From Octopus bimaculoides (lineage: Eukaryota), in assembly GCF_001194135.2 (NCBI RefSeq), contig NC_068999.1:17980925-18044357 (forward strand): 63,433 bases of DNA, written 5' to 3'. Position 1 is the first letter of the stretch. Each line of letters starts with the position of its first letter. Below the pieces are notes generated by a model that was not told where the DNA came from, did not search any database, and was given only the letters and a program-made list of their open reading frames with translations. The position numbers were made by a program, and so were the translations under genes. This document shows, piece after piece, positions 1-13,540 of the stretch.

Positions 1-37
<37 letters not shown>

Positions 38-86
38 TTATATATATATGTGTGTGTGTGTGCGTGTGTGTGTGTGTGTGTGTTTT
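1..86. repeat. (TA)n/(TG)n compound microsatellite
   Basis: Directly visible dinucleotide runs. Confidence 0.95.
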
Positions 87-511
87 TACAGTGACGAAAA
101 ATCAGTAATCTCGAAAAACTGAAAACGCAATAATAAATCTCATGAAAGAGGTATAAAGTGAAGACATCGTGAAGTATATTTGCCACTTAAATATAGCTAA
201 CCTTAAGGGTCGATGCTATCGTAGCTTATAGCGTCAGGAAGACATCTCCTCATATATATATATACATATATATATATAACTCCAAATCCAAAAGGTTTCA
301 CCAGTTAAGGCAATGCCTGACTGCAATCCGATGAAGTCACATTTTTTTTGTGGCTTTGAAGTAACAACTCAGAACACTATTCTTGTATATGAATAATGAA
401 TTTGTACTCTACAAATATAATGAACAATCCATCAGATTAATATAAAATTGTTTTATTATAACTAAGTATAAACGAATATATTGATCTCTCTCCCTCTCTG
501 TATATATATAA

Positions 512-573
<62 letters not shown>

Positions 574-1469
574 TTATACACTCACACAGTCACACTCACA
601 CATATGCATACAAACACACACACACACACACACACATACATATATATATATTTATAAGTTTTTATAGGTGTGCGAGTATAAGAGTGTGTGAATGTACATG
701 CATGTATTTACCTTTTAACTTAGGCTGCTGAATATATAAAATATCTATTAATATCGCGTGTATTCATACGTGTTCGTGCATTTATATTCTTCGTCAATCT
801 TGTTCCATGCACGAAAGTACAAAGGAATCTATTTTTTCTCTCCTTTCTTGCACCTACTTAATCTGTTTCATGGATTGCTAAACCATGAACTTCCGAGCTA
901 TACATAAGGTTTTAGGAAGATTAGATGACAGGTCATCGTTTCAATTCCATGACTTTTACAGTTTATAAATGGATGCGTTTGGATAACGATAAGATTACAT
1001 CTGATTGTGTCAGCCATACGCTCAGTATATTTAATCTCGAATGCATGCATGCCGTTAGACACTATATTACATTTCATACTTGTTTAGCGATTAGAAATCA
1101 TATTCACAGAATAGTAAAAAATGAATAAATAAAATAATATATTGAATCTTATATAAATACTATGCCGAATAATCCTCGTCTCATTAATAGGCTTAGAACG
1201 AATGTGATATGTTAGCTACTTATGTCAGAATAAGTTATGAGAATTCACGATCCTGCTTCGCAATGATGAATTTGTAGGAAGATAATTACGTACCTATGGC
1301 TACTTATTCTTCTTTAAGGTAGATTGTATGCTTTATATAGAGTACGTCATTGGGAGTGATAGTCACGTATGGTTGTTTTCTTTTATATAGACCCGATCCA
1401 TTGGTAGTATTTAAGTAATGATGATCTTTATAACAAAATGTACATCATTTCTATACATATGTACATCAC

Positions 1470-1490
1470 CTCTAACAATCTCTATCTCTC

Positions 1491-1530
<40 letters not shown>

Positions 1531-1750
1531 GCTGACTAACTATTTATCTATCTATCTAGGGATCAAGCAATCAATCAATCAATTATCCAATCAATCTATC
1601 CATCCATCCATCCATCCATCTATCGATCAATCTGTCTGTTTGTCTGTCTATCTGTCTGTCAATGTACGTATGTATATATATATCTATCTATTTATCTATC
1701 TCTCTATCTATTTATTCATTTATTTATCTGTATATTTATCTATCTATCTG
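1470..1750. repeat. Compound tetranucleotide microsatellite (TCTA)n/(ATCA)n/(ATCC)n/(TCTG)n
   Basis: Directly visible. Confidence 0.95.
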
Positions 1751-1799
1751 CCTCATTTTTATCTATCATGTTATGATAAAACACTTCATGTTATTGATC

Positions 1800-2100
1800 C
1801 CGATCCATCTATTGACCCCATTTTTATATATAATTCATTAAGAAGCACTTCTTTAGTTTCTATGGTCAAGCGACTCGTCCTCAGTAACTATTTTGCAAAA
1901 TCTGTTACTTTGTATACCGGTCACTTAGCCGAAACATTGCATTATGGGCAAGTAAACAAACGGTTTTTCAAGCGATAGTGGGCAGAAAAACTTAACCCAA
2001 GAAACACATAAACTCTATGCAATTGAGAAGCCTCCAGACTGTTTTCGTGAATCCAATTTGTTCTAAATGCGTTGTTCGCCCGAGCAGAAGCGATGATCCT
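1800..2100 (-). mobile_element. Highly degenerate copy of the CORE-like tRNA-derived SINE (family A)
   Basis: Segments such as 'ttgacccc...', 'gccgaaac...caagcgatagtggg' and 'cagactgttttcgtgaatccaatttg' resemble the cleaner copies at 8141-8760 and 20350-20730. Confidence 0.4.
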
Positions 2101-2399
2101 AAAAACACTCATTAGTGTAGATAGTTACACACATCTATTAACTTGCGTGAGGTTGTGAGAGAAGGAGAAAGAGTGCATGTGTGTGTAAGAGCGAGGGGGT
2201 GAGAAAGTGTGTGTGTGTCTCTGTGTCTCTGTGTTCCTGCATCTCCTTCTTAGTGAACACAAATCTTGTTTTATAGATGTACAATTTATTTTATAACTAT
2301 ACCAAGTTTCTTTCAACATATTTTATCATATCAGGTACCAAACGATTATGCATTTCTCATAAGTGTTCTTTGTGGTCCGTTGGAATTTTTTTCTTTCAA

Positions 2400-2590
2400 T
2401 ATTCTCTCCTTAACAACATATATGATATCCTTCCTCTGTATAAGTTTACACTGGGAATTCTCTTTAAGCAGTACTGCTAGGCCATCATTTCTATACAATC
2501 TGGATAGTTTAGGTATACTATTCTTATCAGTATCCGTCACGATGATGAGAATCCCCACACAAAATGTCAAATACTGTGTGTCCATACATT
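2400..2590 (-). mobile_element. Penelope-like element reverse transcriptase fragment (YRDD type)
   Basis: Minus frame reads CVGILI...RLYRNDGLAVL...QRKDII, matching the PLE catalytic region GLYRDDGLAV...RKDII with the first catalytic D mutated to N. Confidence 0.55.
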
Positions 2591-2770
2591 ATTCTATGCA
2601 TATAATTATTAATATATCTTGATTAAATAGTGTTATTAGCAGAATTATTAGACTCGGTGGTAAAGGATTATATTATTTTTGAATCGTTTATGCGCTGAGC
2701 CAAAACCTGGCTGAGACCAGCTAAGCATTTAATCACACCATGTCTGAAAATTAAAATATTAATTTTGTTT

Positions 2771-2870
2771 AACTAAAGATCTTGCAACAACAAAAGGTCT
2801 TGCGATTTGATTAAGTAAAGGTCTTGTTTAACTAAAGGTCTTGCGATTTGATTGACTAACGGTCTTGCAA
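2771..2870. repeat. Degenerate minisatellite, 5 copies of an AAAGGTCTTG-like core
   Basis: TCTTG at 2780, 2798, 2822, 2839 and 2863 (spacings 18/24/17/24). Confidence 0.8.
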
Positions 2871-5307
2871 TACTAGGGTTCTAGTGACTTTGATAGTTAC
2901 AATTGTACTATTTCTCCGCGAGTAGAATAAGAAATATATCAGGCTACATTAAGCGACGAAAACTACCTCTTAATTTGTTTACAAATGAAATGATATATGT
3001 AACTCCATTTTCATAATACATATTTACTAACTTAGAAATAATATGTGAGCCTAAAGAGGCTATATTCACAGGTAGAATTCGTCAAAAATACATTCGTGCA
3101 TACAGTTAAATCAATACGAGCATTTGTTTAAATACATCGACAGCAGAAATATAATGTTGATTAATAATTTCAGTGTGACTATAATCGAAATTGTGTGTAT
3201 ATATATATATATATATATNNNNNNNNNNNNNNNNNNNNNNNNNNNNNNNNNNNNNNNNNNNNNNNNNNNNNNNNNNNNNNNNNNNNNNNNNNNNNNNNNN
3301 NNNNNNNNNNNNNNNNNNNTATATATATAAGAAGACAAGATAACAGCTACAAATGTTGGAGATGTTGCTATTGATAGAGAGCTAGAATCACTTGGCTGTT
3401 AATACTGAAGTGTATGTAGGGAGGACACAATGTAGCTACGGCAACTGTTAATGAGGCCGGCGTCTTGATCTATACACTTAAATAGTTTACTCACTCATAA
3501 ATGGACATATTTACTGTTTCATAAACAAACACAAACGCACAAATACAAACCGACAGAAGCATCATAACATATAGACGCAGAGTCTTACACACGCATACGT
3601 ACTAAAACATAACCAAATGTGTATGTGTGTATGTTTATACTGGTGTGTGGGCATGTATTTATACAGTGAATAAGATGTCTTATAGTCCAATATGCGTAAT
3701 AATCTAATCAGAGTTGTTGCTAATGCTTACTAACTATGAATCTATCTTACACACAATGCTTTTCAAATGTGCGAGTATTGATTGTATTCACAATGCTCGA
3801 ATGTTCTAGGATGAAAATCCAGACACACCGGAATTGTATATCTGGCATCGCTATTGACAATTCCGATTATGTAGCTTAGATTCCAAGAATAACATGAAAA
3901 TGCCAATCAGTCATGTCGATTTATTTTATCCCCAAACACTTCAATGCAATTTCAATGAGTTTAGAATGAACAACCAGCAAACCAATAACGTTTTCTGGGC
4001 TGCGGTCTATTTTCTTTATTCGTGAAACACTACACTCAAATTGCAGTTTGGATGAGCAACATTCTGATTAAGTGTTTCATAGATTTTCAAAAGGAATTTT
4101 ACTGTACATTCATAAATGTTATGCGTGAACATGTATAATGTATTATTGTGAACACGGTATATTTGCATACATACATACAAATATACATCCATATCGCTCT
4201 CTGTCTCTCTGTCACTCTGTCTCTCTCTATCTCTCTCTCTCTTTATATATATATATATATCTATATATANNNNNNNNNNNNNNNNNNNNNNNNNNNNNNN
4301 NNNNNNNNNNNNNNNNNNNNNNNNNNNNNNNNNNNNNNNNNNNNNNNNNNNNNNNNNNNNNNNNNNNNNNNNNNNNNNNNNNNNNNNNNNNNNNNNNNNN
4401 NNNNNNNNNNNNNNNNNNNNNNNNNNNNNNNNNNNNNNNNNNNNNNNNNNNNNNNNNNNNNNNNNNNNNNNNNNNNNNNNNNNNNNNNNNNNNNNNNNNN
4501 NNNNNNNNNNNNATATATATACATACATAAACATATTTAAATATATATATACATATATACATTTATACCCATATTCATATGTACTTATATGCATACATAA
4601 ACTCACAGAAACAAATATGCGAACGCGCAAGTCTTTGTGTTTGCGTGTATGCGTGTGTGAGTGTGCATGTGTGTCTTGGCGTGTGTGCATGAATGAGTGG
4701 GAATATCAGCAAATATATGTTGTATCTCAGATATATAAAATCTGCACACAAGCATGAATGCATACGCAATCTGTTTCACACAAATATGGATACGCACATA
4801 TACTTAGAGACACACATTCATATTTCCATGTAACACTCGCAGAAGAGAGGATATTAAAATATTTCCTAAATTTTATTCTAATATTCTTATAAGCAGTGAA
4901 GCACAACACGGATTCATAAACTTTCCTTGTACTCTTTGCATCAATTTTAAACGCAAGTATTTTATTATGAATAGAAAATCATTGAAAAGGAAGAAAGCCA
5001 TGCAGAGCTGTAGGAATTGATATACGCTTGACTCGTTCTCACATATTTCCGACGCATTGCAACTAAGAACGTTAGACAAAACTAGTAAAGATTACATCTG
5101 TGGTAGCGTATGCATATCTGTCTTTCCTTACGTCCCAAACATATTCAAATATACATGAAAATACTTATAAATCTCTGAAATATGAACATATTATTGGATG
5201 GTATATCTGTCCTCTCTCTGTCTCTCTCTACGCACACATATGCACATGTAAGCATATATATACGTATATATGCGGACACACGTATGCACATATACGGATA
5301 TCTATAC

Positions 5308-5340
<33 letters not shown>

Positions 5341-6219
5341 CATGTATGTACATATATATATGTGTGTGTGTGTATCTAGATATATGTATATATGTTTATT
5401 TATGTTTATATATGTTTATATACATGTATATATATATATATATATNNNNNNNNNNNNNNNNNNNNNNNNNNNNNNNNNNNNNNNNNNNNNNNNNNNNNNN
5501 NNNNNNNNNNNNNNNNNNNNNNNNNNNNNNNNNNNNNNNNNNNNNNNNNNNNNNNNNNNNNNNNNNNNNNNNNNNNNNNNNNNNNNNNNNNNNNNNNNNN
5601 NNNNNNNNNNNNNNNNNNNNNNNNNNNNNNNNNNNNNNNNNNNNNNNNNNNNNNNNNNNNNNNNNNNNNNNNNNNNNNNNNNNNNNNNNNNNNNNNNNNN
5701 NNNNNNNNNNNNNNNNNNNNNNNNNNNNNNNNNNNNNNNNNNNNNNNNNNNNNNNNNNNNNNNNNNNNNNNNNNNNNNNNNNNNNNNNNNNNNNNNNNNN
5801 NNNNNNNNNNNNNNNNNNNNNNNNNNNNNNNNNNNNNNNNNNNNNNNNNNNNNNNNNNNNNNNNNNNNNNNNNATATATATATATATATATATATATACA
5901 TAGATAAATAGATAGATAGATACAAACATACGTACATACATACAAACATACATACATTGATACGCAAATAAGATTCCTAAAGAATATTTACCGTAAACAA
6001 AAATTTACCCCTCCTTATATCATATTCTATAGAATTAAATAGTAATACACAGAATTAGTAATTCTGTGTATTCATGTGCCTCCCTCTAAGAATGTATTAT
6101 TATATTAATATATACATATGTGCATGTGTGTATATGTGTGTGTATGTGCGTGTGCGCGTCAGTGTGTATATACATACATATATGTATACATACAAACATA
6201 CTTGCATATAAATATTTAT

Positions 6220-6275
<56 letters not shown>

Positions 6276-6940
6276 GCAGACACACATGTATGTGTATGCA
6301 GAAATATATACAACACTGGAGCGTGTCTTTCACGTCGAGATTAGATACAGTATATTCACCATGTCGTATCACCTATTTTACCAGCTGACTAAGTGCTGAT
6401 ATATATATTCAATCGTACTTGTAAAAAACTAAAAATCACTTTCTCCGTAAATTATCGACATGATTTTGTTGTTGATGAGTTACATTATCGCGGGAGAGAA
6501 TTCACATCCTATATTCATATTATATTTTCCATTTTTCTCTCCAACAAGCAGAACCGAAACCTGCTCTTCACCACAACTACAATACATACATTCACCAACC
6601 ATTCTTCATAACGTGCTATACACTACAATCGAAGAAATAACACATCACGATTCCCATCGTCAGCAAATTCAATAGTAAGTGAACCTCAAAATAATGATTT
6701 CTTTAGGCCTGCATTACAACTAATTCGTCCACTTGCTTCAACATGTCCTGTAACCGTTATATCTTTCCTTCTACCATATGTACTTCTTAATAACTACATA
6801 CCTTTTCTGCGAATTTATATAACCAGTTAAATCAAACCTGCAAGCAATTCACGTGTCTGATGAGCCAATCTATTTTTATGGATTATATTGATAGGGTACA
6901 TTTTATCCCCCTCTATCTCTCTATCTATCTGTATATCTAT

Positions 6941-6972
<32 letters not shown>

Positions 6973-7608
6973 CTATCATTATATTTATCTATCTATATCT
7001 CTGTATATATATGTATTTTTATGTGTGTGTATGTATGTATATATATATATATANNNNNNNNNNNNNNNNNNNNNNNNNNNNNNNNNNNNNNNNNNNNNNN
7101 NNNNNNNNNNNNNNNNNNNNNNNNNNNNNNNNNNNNNNNNNNNNNNNNNNNNNNNNNNNNNNNNNNNNNNNNNNNNNNNNNNNNNNNNNNNNNNNNNNNN
7201 NNNNNNNNNNNNNNNNNNNNNNNNNNNNNNNNNNNNNNNNNNNNNNNNNNNNNNNNNNNNNNNNNNNNNNNNNNNNNNNNNNNNNNNNNNNNNNNNNNNN
7301 NNNNNNNNNNNNNNNNNNNNNNNNNNNNNNNNNNNNNNNNNNNNNNNNNNNNNNNNNNNNNNNNNNNNNNNNNNNNNNNNNNNNNNNNNNNNNNNNNNNN
7401 NNNNNNNNNNNNNNNNNNNNNNNNNNNNNNNNNNNNNNNNNNNNNNNNNNNNNNNNNNNNNNNNNNNNNNNNNNNNNNNNNNNNNNNNNNNNNNNNNNNN
7501 NNNNNNNNNNNNNNNNNNNNNNNNNNNNNNNNNNNNNNNNNNNNNNNNNNNNNNNNNNNNNNNNNNNNNNNNNNNNNNNNNNNNNNNNNNNNNNNNNNNN
7601 NNNNGAAC

Positions 7609-7850
7609 ACACCAACATCGATTGTCAAACAATGATTGTCAAACAATCGATTGTCAAACAATGACAGACAGACACACACACACACATACACACATATATA
7701 CATATATAAACGACAGGCTTCTTTCAGTTTCCGTCTACTAAATCCACTCAAGGCTTTGGTCAGTCCGAGGCTATAATAAAGATACTTGCCCAAAGTACCA
7801 CGCAGTAGGACTGAACTGGGAACCATGTTGTTGGTAATCAAGCTACTAAC
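7609..7850 (-). mobile_element. CORE-like tRNA-derived SINE (family A), 5' half; 3' part lost in the gap
   Basis: Minus strand has ggttcccagttcagtcctactgcgtggtactttgggcaagtatc (B-box-like segment plus CORE-like TTGGGCAAGT) and gtagacggaaactgaaagaagcc, followed by an internal microsatellite. Confidence 0.85.

Positions 7851-7914
<64 letters not shown>
7851..7914. repeat. (AGAT)n microsatellite
   Basis: Directly visible perfect run. Confidence 0.97.
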
Positions 7915-7915
<1 letters not shown>

Positions 7916-8140
7916 GCGTCTGTGTTTGTATATATGCGTGCAAACGTAGTTGATACAGTCTCAGTCACACACAACTATGCTGACAAAAATACGTAAACAT
8001 ATGTAATATCATACTCATTTGGTCAATACCACGTATTGACCAAATCTGCTTTTATAATCTCTTTCTCTTGGCATATATGTTCACATCTGCCGACTAGCAT
8101 GAGTATTTCTGTGTATCATTTGGTTTCAATGTGTACTGCT

Positions 8141-8760
8141 TTATTCTTTTATTCTTTTACTTGTTTCAGTCGTCTCACTGCCGCCATGCTGTGAACTGCC
8201 TTTAGTCGAACAAATTGACCCAGATCTTATTCTTTGTAAGCTTAGAACTTATTCTATCGGTGTCTTTGGCCGAACAGCTAATTTACGGGGACGTAATTGC
8301 ACCAGCATCGGTTGTCAAGCGATGGACAAACATACATACACACACACACACACATGCACGCACACACACACACACACACCCNNNNNNNNNNNNNNNNNNN
8401 NNNNNNNNNNNNNNNNNNNNNNNNNNNNNNNNNNNNNNNNNNNNNNNNNNNNNNNNNNNNNNNNNNNNNNNNNNNNNNNNNNNNNNNNNNNNNNNNNNNN
8501 NNNNNNNNNNNNNNNNNNNNNNNNNNNNNNNNNNNNNNNNNNNNNNNNNNNNNNNNNNNNNNNNNNNNNNNNNNNNNNNNNNTATATATATATATATATA
8601 TATATATATGCGACGTGCTTCTTTCAGTTTCCCTCAACCAAATCCATTCACAAAGCTCTGGTCGGCTCGAGGTTGTAGTAGAATACGCTTGGCTAATGCG
8701 CCACGCAGTGTGACTGAAGATGGAGCCATGTGATTGGTAAGCAAGCTACCACCACACAGT
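8141..8760 (-). mobile_element. Full-length family A SINE with expanded internal microsatellite and gap
   Basis: Head at 8610-8760, internal (CA)n/N/(TA)n, and 3' body at 8141-8330 (RC: ...gttcacagcatggcggcagtgagacgactgaaacaagtaaaagaataaaagaa). Confidence 0.85.
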
Positions 8761-11015
8761 TAATATTATAAAATTCCTGTGTGTATCTGTCTATCACTGT
8801 ATATCTTTCTATCTCTATATCTATCTGTCTCTTTATCTACATATGTATATTTGTTTATGAGTACGTATCAATGTTTTGCCCCCACCTATGATTCATTATG
8901 AATGTATGTATATAAATATCCAATTTTATCGCACTCATGCTCACGCACAATCACGCATAAATATAGAGTATCCATACATATATACACACGCAATTTTACT
9001 TAACTCTCTTCTTGCTAAATATCATTATGTAGATTCAAATTCATAAGCTGAAATGATAATGCAACATATCAAAACTTGTTCGAATACATGTGTCTTGAGA
9101 GGGCATATAACGTAAAACTTTCATTTGATTATATCGCCCAGAATATGTTGCTTATGTAATCGATTTTCATACTTGTGATATTATGGCACAATATAAACAT
9201 ATTGCACAATTAAGTGGTGGTGAATGTCTACTTTTATTTTGTGATGTAACGTAATTGCTGAAGAAAAACTAAATTTACATTGAAGCGATACTACGATCAA
9301 GCTGTTTTCTCTAACGAACAGTACATTAGTTACCTGTTTGATAGACGTCATCTGAAATTCTTGAGAGCTACAGAAATTCATAGTGGTAGTTGAAATCGAA
9401 GTGAGGTGTTACAGGCACGACTGGCTAGTTATTATTAAATGGATTTCGAACTGGCAATATTAAATAAATATTAATTTGACAACATCCATCATTGATCGAC
9501 TGCTGTTCGGTGTAATGTGGAACGAGAACATCGTTTTGAATGTGTGCAGGACTTTGGTCTGTTAAACATCGGAAGGCAAACCAACTCACTACTTCAATAC
9601 CACTCATGATGTCACTATTATGATAGCATCAATACGTTTGACAGTATTCTCAAGCAGACATGTGTTTCTTATCAACTCTCATCATCAGTAGCGCCAAACA
9701 GACAGCTTAGCTGCGACTACGATGCCAACATAAAGTTGAAGTGCGATGATACAGATCGTTGTAATCTATCCCATAGAAAATTGCATAAAACAAAAATCAC
9801 ACGGCGATCGAGATATACTGCTTTTGGTACTTAGTGTATTTCTGAGGTTTCCAGAAACACATGTTGAATATGATGCTTATATATTTATAATCTTCAAGTT
9901 AAAGACAATAAACATAAGCATGCTCTGTACGTTCTGACGTAAATAGTAACATATTAAATTAGTCCAACATTGAACAGAAACCGAAACGCAGTTTGTATAA
10001 ATCTTCTTCTTGTTTGGTATAACACATCATGTTGAATAAGAATTTCCTTAGATATCAGTCATTAAATCAATATGTGTATGTTATTGCTATAACTTAGTTT
10101 CATTTCCCATACAATTTGAATCTGGTGATATTTGAGAGGAAATCAACATGGGATGAAATGATATACATCATAATGTTCAACCCTTACATCCCACAGTCAC
10201 ATAAATCTGCGTATTCAAAAGATTTATCGCATTATTATTGATGTTGGATATAAAGGGTGTACCGAATACATTTCCCGATCTCTAGAATCACACACATACC
10301 TGCATACAGTTGCACACAGACACAAATATGCACACACGCGCACACATATACACATGCTTAAATATGTGCGTGAGATTGCTAAAGTGTGAACACATATTCA
10401 TACAATGCATATATATATTTGTGTATTATTTGTAAATAGTAAATTTTGTAACGGGATTTTCTTTCAAGCAGACATTTTGAAGACATGCCTATGATGCAAT
10501 TTAACAGATTTTCTGTCAAATATTTAGCCATGTTCCATTATTATTTCTTTAGGGATATTTTCGAGCAATAATTTCCCGAAAACTGTTAAAGGCCTTCTGT
10601 AATTTATTACATGAAACATAGCAACTTTTATGTGAATATTAATAAACATCCCATACGAATTTACTGGAGAACTGTAGTAATATCTTTAGTTAAAAATCAG
10701 AGCGTTGAGATAATGACTTCGATAATTAGATTCGGTTCTTGTACTCTATTTATATAAACTCAATGCTCCTAGATGTCCGATTTTTGCATATGATACCAAA
10801 CCTTTACAGCCGCAATGGTTAAATTGAAGTACGTATAACAGGTAGTATTTTCTATCAGTCTGAACATTATTACAGTAAAATTGAGATGTCGATTCTCAGA
10901 GAAACGCACAAACAACATAAATGTCCAGGTTAGAAATGTTTAACAAAGCAATTTTATAGTTGAACATACATTTACATATGCACATATACATGCACACACA
11001 CACACACACACACAT

Positions 11016-11072
<57 letters not shown>

Positions 11073-11519
11073 AGAAAATACACATTCACAGACATGCACA
11101 CGCGCACACGAGAATTTGTTGTTGAAGATGCAACTGGATTTGGAAAACATGATTGCTTTTAAACATAATTTATTTATATACATACGAAACTAGTTTCAAC
11201 ACTTTTTAAAATCAAAGGTTTAAACGTATAGGATTTGAAAAATTAAAATCTTGCGAAGACGAAAACATGTTTAGATGGTAACATGTTCATACAATTCATT
11301 AACATCAAAAAATGATCGGCGAAGAATATATAAAAAAAAAAATGCGGATCAACATGTTTAAAGGATTAAAGGTACACAAAATCCAATAATATCAGAAATG
11401 ATCGGCGAATAATATAAAAAAAAAATCTAGATCACCGAAAGGTCGGTCATGCTGACTTCAGAGAGAGGAAAAAAAGAGAAAGGAAGAGAGTAAAGAAAAT
11501 GATTTTTGCTACAGTTTCT

Positions 11520-12450
11520 GTTATATTGGGTTCTTTTTTCCGTCGCGTGCAGGTTTAGTTTTTGCTTCTGATGCAGTGTTTTGGAATCTGTTTTTCCGCG
11601 AATGGATCTAATTTTTAATTTGTTAAAATTCTGATGACGTTTTATTCTTTCTGGTGATTGAAAGGTATATTTATTTTAGTATGTTTTGGGTTGCAGGAAG
11701 AGAATAGAAGATATCGTTTTGCACCAGTTGGTTTAAGGACGATGTCGGTTTCAATTTCAATATCTCTTTTTATGACTAAAATGTGCAGGAAGGATAGGTG
11801 TCGTGACTGTATTCCTTTGTAAATTGGATACTGCAGTTAATGCTGTTGATTAAGTTTTTGAATTCTAAGATTTGCATGATTAAAATTTTAAATTCTAAGA
11901 TTTGCTCAAGGCTTAGACCACAGAATAAAACAATCATCTAGGTAGCGTTTCGAGTTGGTGAGTAAGTATATTTGGAAGCTGTTTCCAAACTTGGATCTCG
12001 TGTGCTCTTATATTTTGGACTTCTAAGTATGCCATGACAAAGTTAGCAAAGTGAGGGTTGCCCTCGTTCCTATCGCAGAGCCTGATTTTTGTATGTAGGT
12101 ATTCCCGTTGAAGTTGAAAAAGTTGTACTGTAGGATGAATGTTAGTCCTTCAATGATGAATCTCCCGATTCGCTCAGGAATGTCATTTGGGAATTTTTCC
12201 AAAGAATTGAATGGCTTCTGGTCTGTATTCGTGAGGAATCGAAGTGTATATGTTTATTACATCGAATTAAACCAGAAGAGAGTTCTTGCTGCTTTTGTTC
12301 AGGAGATGGGTTAAAAAGTTCAGATCATCCCTTAAACAATCGGTATAGTTTGGCGAATAGATTTCAGGAGGACGTCAATAAATTTAGTACGTTGGTGTGC
12401 TCACACGTGGGTTCGGCCACAGTTGGTCTCATTTTGAGATCTCTTAGATG
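11520..12450 (-). mobile_element. Penelope-like element RT pseudogene fragment (YLDD type)
   Basis: Minus-strand motifs in order: MRPTVA, RDDLNFLTHL, FDVINIYTSIPHEY, TYIQKSGSAIGTR, FANFVMAYLE, KRYLDDCFILW, LSFLHILV, ETDIVLKPTGAKRYLLFSSCNPKHTKINIPFN; several frameshifts and stops. Confidence 0.92.
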
Positions 12451-12453
12451 TAG

Positions 12454-12495
<42 letters not shown>

Positions 12496-12498
<3 letters not shown>

Positions 12499-13230
12499 GG
12501 AAGTAAATAGACACATTTAAGTTTGAAGCTCTTTTATTTAATACTCAAAGCGAACAATTGAAATATAATGGTTAGGTAGGACTGCATACTATTTAGTTGA
12601 CATTCCTTTTGCAGTTTTTAATTCAGAGACTCTTTAGGGCTTTGAACTGGTGAGCTATGTGATTATCTCTTTGTGATTATTTCTCCTCAACTTTTGCGCA
12701 ACAATCGAAACAATTCATCTTTAGATTTAGATTTCTGTCGGATTTTTCGTATACCTCTATCTAGTATGCTCTAGTATGCTCTAGTATGATTTTGAATCGG
12801 CTTCATGTCAGGAGATTGGCTCGGCGAAGGAAGCTTTTTGATTCCATTTTCAGTCAGCCATTTCTTTTTGGTGTGTGGCAGGGTGCCCCATCTTCCATGA
12901 ATAAAAACTCATTTTTCGTTATGTTATCATGTGAATACATCGAGAGTACTCCTTCGAAAATAGTCCCTTCGTTCAGCTCAGAGCGACCATTGCTGGGGAT
13001 AGCTCCACATACCACTACAGAGATACCGACATGTTTCCCACACCTCTTTGAAATTCTGACAGTTCTGCTGACATTTGTGGGGCGTGGCATTGTTACTCTT
13101 CGCGAATGTTTAATATTATAGCACCTGGAATGAAAAATAATAATTAGATTGTAAGTTCTACACGGCTGAAAATATATTAAGACGCTTAGGTCAGAAATTT
13201 TGAAAACTAAAGTGCCTGTTTACTTTCTGC
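12496..13230 (-). mobile_element. Internally deleted Tc1-like DNA transposon
   Basis: Imperfect ~25-bp TIRs (gcaggaagtaaatagacacatttaagt versus RC gcagaaagtaaacaggcactttagt); transposase remnant FLFMEDGAPCHT...WLTENGIKKLPSPSQSPDMKPIQN. Confidence 0.87.
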
Positions 13231-13240
13231 TTGTCTGTGC

Positions 13241-13298
<58 letters not shown>

Positions 13299-13540
13299 TA
13301 TTTATATATTTATCNNNNNNNNNNATATATATATATATATATATATCATATTTATATATTTATCTATGCATATACACATATACGGTGTAATATACGTGTC
13401 TGTACAAGACTATATGTGGGTGTATGTATATGAATATAAAATTTGAAATTTCTCAGATGCTTTTCTACAGATTGAGAAATAGCTGAATAAAAGATAACGT
13501 ACAGAGAAAATAAACTATATGGCAACTTGCGTATTTTAAT

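Noticed and set aside
2771-2870. Repeat-spacer-like periodicity suggesting CRISPR
   Set aside because: Units are too short, the intervening sequences are themselves repeated, there are no cas genes and the context is eukaryotic
6549-6674. 126-nt plus-strand segment with acceptor and GTAAGT donor
   Set aside because: The only open frame gives an unrecognisable peptide; no further support
10253-10275. agggtgtaccg, also inverted near 50897-50908, resembling a mariner-type TIR start
   Set aside because: The 11-bp match is 40 kb apart with no accompanying element sequence
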